Shown: positions 36,736 to 50,872 of the stretch, piece after piece
Numbering within the stretch: position 1 is the first letter of the stretch
Layout of the letters: every line of letters begins with the position of its first letter
Assembly: GCF_018977255.1 (NCBI RefSeq)
Contig: NW_024704743.1
Location: forward strand, 30,320,001-30,384,000
Direction of reading: 5' to 3'
Length of the DNA stretch: 64,000 nucleotides
Source of the DNA: Callorhinchus milii
Taxonomy: Eukaryota
Translations under genes and position numbers: made by a program
Notes under the pieces: model-generated
Database searches by the model: none
What the model saw: only the letters and a program-made list of their open reading frames with translations
Told to the model about the DNA's origin: nothing

Positions 36736-38538
36736 TATTATATAAATTTCTATTGAGGCAGATTCCAAATCTATTTCTTTAGAAAAAAAATACATTTTAA
36801 ACCTGATAAATAATGCAGGATATACAATAATAATAATAACTCTTGCGTTTTGCATAGTGTCTAGAATATTGAAATGTTGCATAGCATTTCATGGGCGAGT
36901 CAAGTGCAGAAACTTTATTTGTAGCTGAACATGATAAACACCTGGAGCACAGCAGGTGAAATGACTGACCAAATTCCATCTGGGATTGACGGTCAGGATA
37001 CTCCCTTCTCTTTTCAAATCGGGGCAAATGTCAACCTGAACGGGGGCGTAGGTGAGGGTGGGGGGGGATGGGAGGTGTGGGTGAGGGGTGGGGGTGGCCT
37101 CAGTCTAAGGTCTTATTTAAAGGATGGCACCTCCGATACTATAGCACTCCTAGTGCACTGGACGGTCAGTCAGATATATACATTTTACAGATTAGATCTA
37201 GGATATGCAGGTCTGACCTTCACATTCTCAATGCTGATGGTCACACTGTGCACAGAGGGAACCCACCTAACCTGAGAAATGGAACCATCACCCTTTTTCA
37301 GTCAGTTACCAGTAGAAAATACCAGATCCTTTGCCTCAGAGATCAGACCCAAAGGAATCATTGCATTTTTAACTGTACAATTGACATTGTGCTTCGATTT
37401 GAAAGATTAAATAAGAATTACACTTCTGAACGTTAGCAAGTCAGAGGCAGGTGTTAAGTACATATGTGGGTGGACATTAGCAAACTATAGGCATACTCTG
37501 GGAATGATCCAGAACCTGTATTCTACCATATCTGTTGTAATACAACATGATTTACATTTACATTTGCCATTCATGATAAATTTTAAGAAAGAGTAGGGTG
37601 TAATAAGTGATGTTTTCTAGAGCTGTTTTATATTGGATCAGTTAAAAAATTAATCGCAATGGAGAGTAACATTTGCATATGTCATCACAACATAGGTTTG
37701 AATGAAGAAAGCCCTTAGGCCCATATGATCTCGGAATGTCCATCCGCCTTTCCTCCCAGCACAGCATCAAGGTGCTTCTTAAATTAATCCAGTGCCCTGG
37801 CCTCAAGTACACTTCCTGGTAAACTGTTCCAATTTTTAATTATCCACTGGGTAAAGAAATAGAGTTTACTTAATAAAATAAAAAATAATCACTGCATTTA
37901 ATACATAGTCAAGCGTCTACATAGAGCTCCATAGAATTTTACTGTAAATTATGACTGTGCATTGCTCAATCCCACTTTACATACAGTTATATGGTTCTCT
38001 CTGAGACTTCTCCTCTCAAGACTGAATGATAGGAAACAGTTAAAAATACTGGCCCCATAAAAGTATTTTCAATCATTGAAAAAGTAGACAGGGCTGCATT
38101 CAGGAAAAGGATTTGAATTGAACCCATTTTGATGGTTTTAAAGGATAACTCCACCCTTGCCCTGACTGGAGATAAGCTAAACCTATAATTACCATTATAG
38201 TTTCTTTTAGTTTGTGTTCTGCTCAATAATACAACCTGACTGGTGTCAGAAACTGGAGACGCCCATGATCAACAAGAATTTGGGCCTGAAGATAAAATCC
38301 TCTGAGGAATAGAACATAAATGTGTTTGTTTTCTGAAGGTACATGTCCGTGTGTGTGATTCTAAGAAAGCTGGGGAACATATCTTGAGCAGAGCTTTTTT
38401 ATTTAATATTACCTCTGAGGGCTAAAGTTGCTTGCCTGTCCGTGAACCCAACCACCTTCTCCCCTCCCCCAGCTTAAATGAGAAACGGATTGAGGACCGA
38501 AGAAGTCACTTAGTTCTCCTTATCATGCACGAGACAGG

Positions 38539-38548
38539 CTGTCAATCA
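38539..38548 (-). promoter_or_regulatory. PBX-MEIS/PKNOX decamer TGATTGACAG
   Basis: Exact CTGTCAATCA on the + strand in unique sequence. Confidence 0.35.
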
Positions 38549-38906
38549 TGTGTAGGCAGTCTGGCTATGTGGAGCCAAACGATACATTCAAATAAAATGA
38601 AGGTATTGGAAATTTCATTTAACCGTAATAACATTTCGTTCATGAATTTTGACCTCTGGCTCCTAAATAGATTTTGGAACTTCAATCATCACATTCTGTT
38701 GACTTTAGCATTTTGAAATATCACAGAACGTGACTTCTTTGCTCACGGATAAAAAGGAGCAAGGAGGTGCGTGTGCATGAGGGCATAGCCACACACCAGT
38801 CTTACTCAGTGCAAAGTGTTTTGTCGCGCGCTGTGTTTAGTGTAGGTGAGTGCAGACTCAAACACTAGCCTTATGCAGTGCTTTTTCTTATGCTGCTTTT
38901 TCGCAG

Positions 38907-38954
38907 CGAGCCTGTTGCTGACAGCAGCACCGCCATGGGTGGCAGTGCTGAAAG
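38907..38954 (+). other. Candidate 48-nt exon with strong Kozak ATG (38935)
   Basis: Acceptor ctttttcttatgctgctttttcgcag, donor AAG|gtaaac and ACCGCCATGG; MGGSAE- or EPVADSSTAMGGSAE. Confidence 0.3.
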
Positions 38955-39525
38955 GTAAACAAGGCGGCCAGAGATAGAGACCCACATCAAAAGGTACATT
39001 GTTGTGTGTGTGTGGAGGCAAGCTCCAGCTGCCACTGCTGCTGGTGTTAGTGACCATCTTCTCTAGCCTATGGATGTGCGGAGTGCTCAGCCCACCTGTA
39101 CAGACAAGTTGTATATTTTGTTCACCTCTGGCTTGTAATGACTTTCCCAGCTGGTGGTTGTCACATGTTCTGACAAGATCACTCCACAGTGTAAAAAAGG
39201 ATAATGCCGCATGTGCGACAGGATTTGTACATGTGGAATCCTGCCACTCATTGATATGCTTATACTGACTCATGAGAAGATCTCTTCGTTGGGTGTACCT
39301 GCAAATCAGTGAGATGCACCAAAAGGAGGTCAGCAGGATTCAATATTCGCCAATCGTTTGTGAATCCTATCGTGAATAGCACATGTTAGACTCTGACATG
39401 ACAAAATATCCACAGTTGAAGCAGGTTAACTGTATCCTTTTCACTCTAACCCCGTACCTGTGAAATGCTCTGACACATAATCCTACGTGAAGAGTGCTAT
39501 ATGAAGGCAAGTTGTTGTTGTATTA

Positions 39526-39932
39526 CAGATTGCGTAAACTTGGTCTGTATTCCCTTGAGTTTAGAGGTTTGAGGGGTGATCTGATTGAGGTGTTTAAAAT
39601 AATAAAGGGATTTGACAGGGTAGCTACAGAGCAACTATTTCCTCTGGTGGGGAAACAAAGGGCATAATCTTAAAATTAGAGCAAGGCCATTTAAGAAGCA
39701 TCTTTTCACCCAAAGGATAGTGGAAATCTAGAATTCTCTTCCTCAAAAGGCTGTGGACGTTGGATCCATTCAAATTTTCAAGACTGAGATGGATAGGTAT
39801 TGTTGAGCTAAGGTATTAAGGGATATGGGGCAAAGGCAGGTAATTGGAGTCGAGATACAGATCAGCCATGATCTAATAGAATGGCGGAACAGGCTTGAGG
39901 GACTGAATGGCTCATTTCTGTTCCTATGTATG
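39526..39932 (+). mobile_element. CR1 LINE 3' end
   Basis: LGLYSLEFRGLRGDLIEVFKIIKGFDRV; 3' UTR gatcagccatgatct..gaatggcggaacaggcttgagggg. Confidence 0.9.
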
Positions 39933-40576
39933 AATGTAGATTGAAAGAACCAGAGCATTAATGGGGTGGAGTGGGAGGAGAAATAGACAGAGGCAGGTCG
40001 CTTGGTTTCAATCTACCAAGACTCGGTCTGATATACTGTAATTAATCAGAAAAGAATACTACTTTTCTTCATATAAATAAGGAACTCTAATTGTAAGGTG
40101 TTTGAAGTGTTGCACGACCCCAGAGTGGTGGAGGAGGAGGGTAACACAATTTACTGATATGACTGCAATACATTAAACCAATCATTACCGCATCATCAAT
40201 TTCTCCCTTTTTTGCGATAACTGGAGCCTGCATGATATGAAGTCATTTCAGCAAAAAGCAACCATTTCCAGACCACTTGCCAAGCTGAACGTTTATGTTA
40301 AAGGTTTGGCTCAGTAAAGATAAATAAACCGAGTCACTGCTGAATGCCAGAATCAGTTACGCTGCTCCCTAAAGAGAACTAACAATCTCCTTTTGTTTTG
40401 TCCCATCAGAGCTAATTTCTGCAATACTAATCAAAGGCCCATACCACGAGGATCACATCTGCCAGAAAAGGCAAGATTACAATTTGTTTTTTGGGGAGGA
40501 GGAGGGAAGGGTGCGGAAGAAAAAATCACAAATTATATATAAACTATATAGCGGGGAAGCAAAGTATAGAGGCTGT

Positions 40577-40637
40577 AATAATTATAATAATTTATAATAT
40601 AATTTATATAATTTATAATATAATTTATAATAATTTT
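40577..40637. repeat. AT-only low-complexity tandem repeat
   Basis: Repeated ataatttata(at) units. Confidence 0.8.
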
Positions 40638-41386
40638 GAACAATTTATTGCTTGGTAATCTGCGGCTGAAATAAATGCATCAAATGAATTGGGTCTTTTG
40701 CTAAAATCTGAGATGCATCAGGTGCAGACATCTAACCATTAGCAGGAGCTTGAGCATCACAGATACCAATCTCATTTTACTGTTAAGTCAATGTGACAGC
40801 TTGCTATGTTACACATAGGTATAAGGCTATGGCAAAAAGTGCATGCAATGTGTTACTGTAGTTTAGTTCTCTTCAGGCAGTGTGGAAAGGAAAAGGGTTA
40901 CATTGTTATTCTGAGGCAGTTGTGTAAAAGGCCCATCAATACTAACCCAAAGGTGACCTTCTTTTGATAGTGAGAGATTTTGATTATCACTGGCTCATGC
41001 TGAGGGGTAGTAGCCCTCCAATATCTCTATCGAATGGGCATTCTTCATGACCGAGCTGTTGAGTATTGGTTGACATTATGTGGAGGATATTGGCCAGGTC
41101 TGATCTGATGTCTACAAAGTCAGCCTTTGGAGCAAGGATGAATGAACAGCAGCTAGACCTGGAGGTTTATAGTTATCACTAAAAGTAACAGATCCTACTT
41201 CAATTTAGCACTGATGGTATTATGTTTTCATTCACTGTATAGAGGTATTGCATCAACTGCATACCAAGTAGGCAAGGTTGATCTAGGTACTTGTTGTTGT
41301 TGTACTAAGACAAGTTTATAAGCATCCTGTAACACACAGAGGAGTGACATGTGATGATCATCTAATTCTGAGTTGAGCCGGTATCT

Positions 41387-41618
41387 CAACAACAACAACA
41401 ACAACAACAAGATTCCATTTATAGAGCGCCTTTCACTTCGGGAGGACGTCCCAAGGCGCTGTACAGTTGGGTCAGGACCCGAGCAGGGGGGAAATGGTCA
41501 GGGTGAGGGGAGGGAAAGGAGGGAGCTAGGAGGGGGGAAATGGCCAGGGTGAGGGGAGGGAAGGGAGGGAGCGAGGAGGGGGTAGAGAGTTGAGAGGGGA
41601 GTTGAAGGCACAGTCAAA
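41387..41618 (-). mobile_element. Young L2 3' end with internal duplication
   Basis: (CAA)n; ggggggaaatgg.cagggtgaggggagggaa occurs twice. Confidence 0.85.
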
Positions 41619-42009
41619 GTCAGGTTCACAAGTACAAATACAGTCACTGCACATTACAGTAAATCCTGTGAAGCGCTTTGATATGTCCTCCAGATGTGAA
41701 ATGCACTGTATCAAATGAAGGGATTAGTATGAAATGTATGGTTTATTATTATAATAATGGGAACCAAAGACTTGCTTCAAGCCCAACTATTCTGATGAAG
41801 TCAGGTGGGATGGGGGTTTCATCACATGTCAATTGAGATTTCAAGCAATGTAACAATATCACTGGTGATAATTATCACATCACACATTGTTTTATTCACT
41901 GCACTGTGAACATACTCCCCTCTTTGCTTCATTTTAGATACTGCAAAATAAACTGAGTTCAAAACTCCACTGTGCTAGGTTTAATTTAAAAAATCTGATG
42001 TACAGAACA

Positions 42010-42327
42010 AATAATAATAATCCATGCATTTGATATAGCGCTTTTCACGTCGGGAGGACATCCCAAAGCGCTTCACAGAACACACTGTAAAGTGAATTGA
42101 CTGTATATTTGTGGGCGAACGCGGCAGCCAATTGCGCACAGCAATGTCCCACAAACAGCCGTAGATTGAAAATGACCAATTTATTATTGTATTGGGTTTT
42201 GGAGGGATTATTATTAGGCTCTGTGTGGAGTAAGGAAACTTGCCCAAGGTTTCGCCCTCTGCCTGGAATTGAATTCAGGTCTCTCGCTTGCAAAGCGAGT
42301 GCTCTAACCACTGAGCTACAGGACTCC
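42010..42327 (-). mobile_element. Young full-length short-form SINE
   Basis: Ends gagtgctctaaccactgagctacaggactcc. Confidence 0.93.
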
Positions 42328-44565
42328 ACAAAAAGAACAAAGTCCCATATGTGTAATCTCTATGTTGATATCCTCACAGATGATTCATTTGCTTCTCAAC
42401 CAGTGGCTGATTGTTTTTGTCTGAAGAAGAGTACAGATAGGTCCCATGGAAGATGCTCTCAGTGAATCCTATTCATGAATAATATAACTCGTAGTAAGAA
42501 GAGTATTATTTACAGCTGTACACCAGTGCTGACAAGTACTACCGCTGAAGATTCTTAACCACAGATGCAAAAATCCAATAGGACATTTATTTAATTTCTA
42601 AATGAAAATTTGTTAAGTAACTTTTTTTTAAAAGAATAATTTCCACGTCTACTCTCTTTTCCTACTGATAAAAGTAGAGTACTGTGTTTGCCTCCAAAAT
42701 ATAGTCACTACTCTTAACAGGAAATCCTGTGAAGTGCTTAGATACTTCCTTCTGAAGTGAAAGGCCCAATACCAAATGTAAGGATTATTATTGTATTGTG
42801 ATCACTGCTGGATATGGAATTCTGATACTGAGGTCCTATTTGTCTGTTCAGGTAGACGTTAAAGATCCCATGATACTATTTGAAAAGAGAACAGAGTCTC
42901 TCCCGGTGTCCTGGCCAAAAGATAAAATTGGCTGCTGTGTTCACCAACAAATACATAGTCACTACACTTCACGTTAAAAAAAATCCTGTCAAGTGTTTTG
43001 AGACATTGCAAAAACATGATAAATCACTATATCAAATGTAGAAATTATTATTTATTATTATGATACGATGTCTTGTTACTATTTCAGAAGTTTTAAAAAA
43101 CACAGACACATAAAGTAAGCTATAATCATGTCCTGTGCCTTGCACTCAGTTTCTCTGCGCTCTTGTGTTCTGTTATCCCTTTGACTCCTGATATTCTGAG
43201 TACTGCATCTGTAACAAGGATGTGGTTTTGCAGAGTAATTAGTGTGTCTTTGTTTTGAAAACTTCTGAAATAGTAATGAGGCGCCACATCTGCGGGAAGA
43301 AAGAGATTGGATGCAGGAAATGATTTTGGAAAAAAAGTTGTTTACTTAATCTTTCAACCAAAAAAAAATACTGTATATTCTATTCGATCTTTACATATCC
43401 TGTTGCATAACGTATCACCACTTTATCTCAACCGCCACACTGTAACTATCTCCAGTTCGCTGTGTGTTTTGATAACTTTTGTACCTCTACATCTGACTCC
43501 TCTCTCCCTCTCCACCACTACCCCTGAATACAGGTGAAATAGAAAGGAAATAGAAGATCATGTATTTCATTATCTTGAAGTCTTTTATCGTGCTTCCTTT
43601 CTTTGGTGGGACTTTTTCTGCAAGTTGATTTACTCATAATCGTAAATTTGCCTCTGTTATGGCTTCATTAATCACAGGCTTTCCTCCAATCCCTAGCTGG
43701 GCGATAGGCAGGTAGGTATTCATCAACCTGCTCACAAGATCACAAAATCAGGCCGGTCAAAGAAAGCTCTTTGCTTCATCCTATCCTACAGAACAACTAT
43801 CATCAACAAGAACAACAACTTGCATTTATATAGTACCCCTCACGCAGGGTAGTGTCCCAGAGCGCTTAAATCCTGTGAAGTGGATTCAGAGAATCATAGA
43901 AAAAAAACTCTGTGTTTAACCCTTTGAGTACTGAAGATCTCTCCTTTTTCCTGAATTGATGTGATCACCAAGATGAGGCATGTCACTGCCGGAGAATAGA
44001 AGACACTTTCATAATTCTTGCATTTAATATAGTGCCTTATCACGTCTTCGAGACGTCTCCAAGCGAATATACTGTAAAGTGAATTGACTATAACTTGTGG
44101 GCAAAATGCGGCAGTCAATTGCACACAGCAGTGTCCCACAAACAGTCGTGGATTGTTCTCTGTTCTTTTTTGGCCCACACTTTGCTATAGTATCAAGTGC
44201 TTCCAGGTAAGGTACTGTAATTGATACAAAGCAAAGCTTTCTCTGTGGCGGGGGAGTGGGGAGGGTGGGGAGGTGTGGGTAAGGTAGATGAGGAAAGGGA
44301 GGGAAAGACTAAATGTAGTGTTAGTCAATGCGTGCTTGTAATGACAAAATGCTTCACCTTTTATTCACGGAATAGAATCACAGAATTCACAGCACATTTG
44401 TCTCATTGTGTCTGTCTGGCTCTCTGATGGAGGTTGGGGTTCATTGTGTCTCTGAAGGAGCTGTGTTGGTTGCAAGTGACTTCTGATTTGAACAAGTATT
44501 GAAATAGTGAGGAGCACCGGGGATGATTTGAAACCCACCTTTCTGATGATTGCACTGGAGTGACT

Positions 44566-44876
44566 GGAGTCTTGTAGCTCAGTGGTTAGAGCACTCGCCT
44601 TGCAAGCGAGAGACCTGGTTTTGATTCCCGGCAGGGCGAAACCTTGGGCAAGTTTCCTTACTCCACACGTCTGATAATAATCCCTCAAGAAAAAAAGAAT
44701 AATTTGGTCACTTCAATCCATGACAGTTTGTGGGACACTGCTGTGCACAATTGTCTGCTGTGTTTTGCCCACAAATATACAGTCAATTCACCTTACAGTA
44801 TATTCTGTAAAGCGCTTTGAGATGTCTAGAAGATGTGAAAAGCGCTATATCAAATGCAAGGATTATTATTATTATT
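44566..44876 (+). mobile_element. Short-form SINE
   Basis: Head, core and (ATT)n. Confidence 0.9.
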
Positions 44877-47149
44877 GTTAATGACTTATCCCCACTCTAT
44901 TCTGTACATGCAGGTTATACATCTACATGTCACGACTATTCTTCAATATTACTTTTATGTCCCCCCTTGGCACCTGTCTCATGGTTTACGACAGCTCAAT
45001 TGAGGGACTGCGTGACAATGGTTCACCTGTCCCTACACGTTCAAGTCTAGTCAACAGACATTTTTTGAGTGAAGACTTCAGAATTGCTCTCATTGCTTTT
45101 TACAAACCTTCACTGCTGCTGAACAAGTCGTGGAATTAACTTTTAGAACCCTCACAGGATCACCCAGGTCCAATAGAGAGAAAACAATGCCATCTTTTCT
45201 CTCCACACACCTCAGTGTTGTGCGCTTAATGTTAATTTGACACCAGGTTCAAAAAGCAGACAACTTCGGAAAGTTCAGCAGAAGGTGTGATTACCTGCCT
45301 GTTCATTCTGCTCCAATTTACTTTTAATTTTTTCTGCAGTGCAGATCAACTGTGAACCAACATCAGCAACAATTTTACATTTACACAGCGTCTTTCACAT
45401 CTCAAAGCCCTTCACAGAGCCAAATGGGGGTCCGAGCGGGGGGTGGGCAAGGGGAGAACCGTGGAAAGGGGAGAAAGGTGACCAAAACCACGGTCGAGAA
45501 GAAAGGTCTTAAATTGTCCTCTGTTTAATTTGGTTTGCCCTAATTATGATTGAATAGACTATGAAGTGCTGGATAAACTATGGAATGATGAGCATGGCAC
45601 AGCAGCCCACATCGAGCTTCCTTTTCTTCGGTTTCAAACTGAGCATCCAGGGATTTCTGAGGTGTGTGTGTATGCGTTTTATATACCTACCTCAGCCACC
45701 TCCTGAATCTTTCCCTGGCTGTTCCTCTGCTCAGCTAACACCAGCCTGTTCAAAGTCCACCCGTCAGATGCGCACTAGGAATCAATGAACAAGCTTTCGG
45801 ACATTCGCCTCCCCACCACCCCCAACGCCCCACCGCTCTCAGATCTCACATTCTCAGTACCCCACCTTTTAAGACATATCTTTTCAACTGCATTTCAGTC
45901 ACCTTTTCCATGCCCCCTTTCCCTCAGCTCAGGTGGTCAGTCAGCTGTGTAAAGTGCTTTGAGACGTCCTCCTGACATGAAAGTCACTGTGTAAATTGTG
46001 TAAATTGTTGTGGTGGAATGTGTAACTAAATAATGGCAGCAGAGGCTGGGAGTTGTGTCTGGCCACTGCTGTTATTTAGGTGATATGATGGGCAACTCTA
46101 ATTTAATTCAGAAAAGGGAATTGCATTATTACCAGAGTAAGTCTTCACAGCAAAGTCTAATTATTGGAAACAAATTTTGAAGAAGTGTTGCTTATTTGGC
46201 AGTATAGCAGCATGGAACACACACCTACTTCTCCTTAATGTAATTGAAACAGTAAAATAAATTACACTTCAGCATTTCTAATAATTTTTAACATCCCCCC
46301 ACCCCGCAAATGCTGTATCAATTTACAGTTTTATCATTGCGTTATCTGAAACTAAATTGGTTATTGATTTGAAACAAAAATTGCAGCTAAAGACAGCTGA
46401 GTTTTGGGAGCTCTGTGCGTTATCTTTATATTATATGTTGTAAGTTATAGATCCAAGGCATCGCTCTTGTTACATCTTTTTCACACTCTCTGTCGGAGCA
46501 AGACTGCAGTCATCCAGCAAAGGAGTTGACTCAATTTTAGCAGTTAATGCAAGGGGTCCATAGAACATCTTGAAGCCACTGTTTCCTGCTGCATGCAGGT
46601 ACACTTGAAAGTTTTAGACTTAATAATCAACCTGCCCCAGATTTCAAGTTTCGCGAAATCCCTGAAATTTTCAGTAAAATTGTGAAACCATGAAATCACT
46701 GAAACTAGGAGTCAGGGATTTCATAAAAAAAGTGATAATTTCATCATATTGATAACCTTACCTTGTCACTGGTTAGCATTATCAACAAATAAATAACAAC
46801 AGTTGGTTTGACATTTCTTCTGACCACAGTTACACTTAATAAAACCTTGTCCATCACAAACAGACTGTGCAATGACAGCTTCATGGAGTGGCACTGACTT
46901 CTCCTGGTTGACCCAGGTCTCTGTTAACAATCGTTGTGGGCAGAGATCAATTTACACAGTGACCCCTCAGGATGCCAATCTTCACTGCTAACTTGTACTG
47001 GTCAGTATCTAAATTTCTATTAATGATCTCACCAAAGATATTTCTGGAATCCCCTCCACCCCTATCCACTGCCGGGATCACTTTTTCAAGAAAATCAAAG
47101 ATTTGGTTTGGTTTGGTTTTGCGGGCTGAGGCTGAAGGCCTGCCCGGCC

Positions 47150-47412
47150 CTGGCCCTGGCCCTAGCCTTCAGGCTCTCTGCCCCCATCCTTTAGAACTCC
47201 ATCCCACAGTCCCTTCACTTTGCTCCATCCCTTGCCTACTTTGAGGCACATCTCAAGACCCTCCTCTTTGACCGCGCCATTGGCCACCCTCGTACCCTTA
47301 CCCCCTTCTGACCTCCACCCCTCTTGATCCCACCCCCCCGTGGGTCCAAATCCTGACTGCCTTAGCATGTCCTCATGATGTGGAAGATGCTATATAAATG
47401 TAATTTGTTGTT
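47150..47412 (+). mobile_element. Old L2 3' end
   Basis: gccttcaggctctctgcccc..ctcaagaccctcctctttgacc..gctatataaatgtaa. Confidence 0.7.
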
Positions 47413-50400
47413 GCTGCACAGAAATGTATATATTTTCTGCAAATGATCTTGTCATGTATTTTCAATAAAGAGATATCAAAATGTGTAGTAATGTGAATAA
47501 AATACTTGCACCTAAATGTCAGTCTGCATTCAAGTATATTTTAGATTATTCCTCTGCCACCTTCCTCTGCACTATTATTTTCTCAGGTGCTGTACTCTAA
47601 CACATTAAATCCCAGTTTTGTTTAATTTTATTACCGCCCATAATTTGTGCACAATGTTGGAGAGTAAAATAACACAATGTAGACAGGGTGCCTAATTTCA
47701 CTCTTAATGCTTTTATGAGATGTGAAAGTGCCTTGCAGAGTGATTTTGCAGACATACAAACAAATAATGGAAAAATAGCACACAGAGCAAGTCCTTGCAC
47801 CCAACGGATAGCTGCGTTTGGCAGAAGAGTACGGGGAAGGGAAGCAACATTACATATGTTTTAAATGGGGGAAGGGCTGCATAATATAATAATAATAATA
47901 ATAATCCTTGCATTTGATACAGAACATTTTGTATCGGGAGGACTTTGCAGGATATACTGTAGAGTGAGTTTGCATCTTGTGGGCATACAATATATATGGT
48001 GTAGTCTACATATGGGGAGGGGGAATATTATATAATTACATATGGGGAGGGGGGCACCATATAATTACATTTGAGGGAGTTGGCGGGCAAGTGTTATATA
48101 TTCTACATACTAAATATACAAGTCCTAGCAATGCATTGTCTTGACATATTGACGATGGTCTGGAATATTGTCAACCTGGCCCTATGCATTGGTTTTCTCC
48201 TTGTCTTTAGTTTGGCTAGAAGGTCCTCATTGCAGTGTAATTAATACTTGTCAAGGGCTATTATTTCTGTGTCTGTTACTCCTGTTCTTGGCAGGCACTG
48301 AGCTTTTCTACTTGTTAAGACTTGGAAACGGCTTTACAGATTCACTCACTAACTAGATAGATCCTTGCTAAAATATCCAATTGCATGTTTCTTGAATTTT
48401 TTTATTTAAAATAATACTGCATGTAGAAGTCTTCTGGATGAGTTTAAAAAATAATGATATTTTTAAAATGTTGAATAGAGCTCAGCACTCTGAGATAATA
48501 TCCTCTGTGAAGGGTGCTATATAATAATAATAATCCTGGAATTTGATATAGCGGCTTATAACGTCTTCGAGATGTCTCAAAGCACTTCGCAGAATAAAGT
48601 GAATTGACTGTATATTTTGTGGGTGAATGCAATATAAATAAAAGTTGTTGTTAAATAGGAATTGGTAGGAACCTATTGGATAACGTTAAACTTTAGCACA
48701 GTTTGCTTTTGAGAAGGGAATCAGTTCAACTAGCAGTCCTGGGTTATTTGGATACTTGATCCAACTGAGTATCGTCTTCACTATGTATTGGATCATTTAA
48801 CAAGTTTCCATTAGTAATTAATATGATCACCGTGCCTCAAAAAGCATTTTAACAGCATCCCATGTGCATATAAGGCTGGGACTGAACACAAAATGATGCC
48901 TTCCATTAAATGAGCTTTCTAAATCAATAGAAGAGTGAAAGCAAGATTGCAAATGAAGATCATAGTTTGCACTCCATTCATTATTTCTACCCAACACAAT
49001 TTCTGTGAAGGTTACTAAAGCCACTTTCCTGAGTCACAAAATCATTCTATAGTTCACTTCTAAATATAGGTAATTCGTAGGGGTACGGGGAAAATGAATT
49101 CATACAGACATGATGGACCAAATGGCTTTCTTCTGGCCTGTACATTTCTATGGCTTTCTTCTAAATAATCCAGAGCATTTGTTATTCCAAGAACATTAAG
49201 AAAATACATTGAAATCAAAGATCTCTGTGATGGAATTGAGGCACATTTGTTCCTCTGCCCTTCTTTCTCTCCCTCTTTGTCATTCAAAAAGTGGTGGGGA
49301 AGCGGGAGCAGGGGGTATGGTAGTGGGGGAGCAGAATGACAAAATACTGACTTGTAGTATTTCCCATCGTAATCATTAAATATCATTCCAGGATCCTTCT
49401 ATCATATGCATTGAAGCAATGTATTCTAGTGGAATTTAAAAGCAGGTTCAGCATAAGGGGTCCTGCCCATATATTACACCCTGACGCACATTACGATGTA
49501 CTACAGATTCCAAACACTGAAGAGTGTACTATCAAGGCAAATATTTTAAAATTCAGAACATTATGTTATATTTTAACAATAGGATTTAATACAGGCAGCC
49601 AGGTAAATATCTGTTGATGTGGCTGAAGATTTATTTAAATGACTACAAATGCTGAATCCACTAAATACCTGATAGATTAGCAGTTCTCAACTCACTTATA
49701 TAGTATGTGTACCACTGAGAATTTTTGTCAATCCCAATGGGTCTTCAGATCTGTCTTTTGAGCAGTCTGTTACTCTGCATGCAGTGCTGGGGATGTGCTG
49801 CATTGGTGGAGGTGTCGTCCTTCAGATGAAATGTTAATGGAGTCTCATATGCAGTGTTTTGCCCCTAATGTCATGTAGAGAAAATGGGTTCTGATGGTAT
49901 GGTAACTGAAAGTGTATCACACTGACTTGTAAGAAGTCCATTCTGACATGATCTATTCCTCCTTACTGGAGGTCTGGTTGGATTAATGAATTTATGGTCA
50001 CGAGCACGATTTGCGATTTGTGACTCAAGCTATTAGACCCATTGTTCCTCTATGGAGATCATTCTCCTCTTAAGATAATTTCTTATTCTTCTGAATTGGC
50101 TCATATGGATGATTGTATTAGGAATTTCTTAAATCATGCAAATAACTGTGTGTAGCCTGGAAAAGACCATTACAGTCCGTCTGTCTAGTCACATTTTTGA
50201 AACATGATTCCTCTCCATCATTCTTATTCCCAAAACCTCCAGCATAAACAGATGTCATTCCCTCTTGAAACTGCACTTTCTGCCTCCACCCCTAGACAAT
50301 CTGCCATGTATTCACTATCTTCTGGGTAAAGGAATTAAATCTAAACAGTCTGTTCACCTTCTCCCTCCTGAGCTGGGACCATGGAGTAATGAGTTAACTT

Positions 50401-50479
50401 ATATGGTTAACAAGAAAAACAACCTTTTCACTACTTCTTTATAATGGGGTCCTCATAATAGATTTCTTGGGATTTGGAA

Positions 50480-50872
50480 CTCAGTCTAAACTGACTGGGG
50501 CTGAGGTGAGCTGTATTGTTTGAGGTGCCATCATTCAGATAAAATGTTAAACCAAGGTTTCATCTGCATGTTTAGGTGGATATTAAAGATCCCAAAGCAC
50601 TAAGCGAAATGAGGAGGGAATTTCTCCTGGTGTCCTGGTCTACGACAACAACAAATTGCATTTGTAAAGTGCCTTTCACGTCTGGAGGATGTCCCACAAT
50701 AGGTATACAATCCCCCAACATAAAAAAATTGGTCATTCACTCCATGATTGTTTGTGGAACAATGCTGTGCACAAATTGGTGGCTACATCCACCCACAAAA
50801 AATGTGCACAGTCACTCCACTTTACAATATATCCCGTGAAGGCGCTATGCCAAATGCAAAGATTATTATTAT
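50480..50872 (+). mobile_element. Old DeuSINE-like element
   Basis: gaggtgccatcattcagataaaatgttaaacc..ggtggatattaaagatccc..ctcctggtgtcctgg followed by core and tail. Confidence 0.65.

Noticed and set aside
46638..46760. Short inverted repeat aaatccctga/tcagggattt, possible MITE
   Set aside because: Termini and TSD could not be defined
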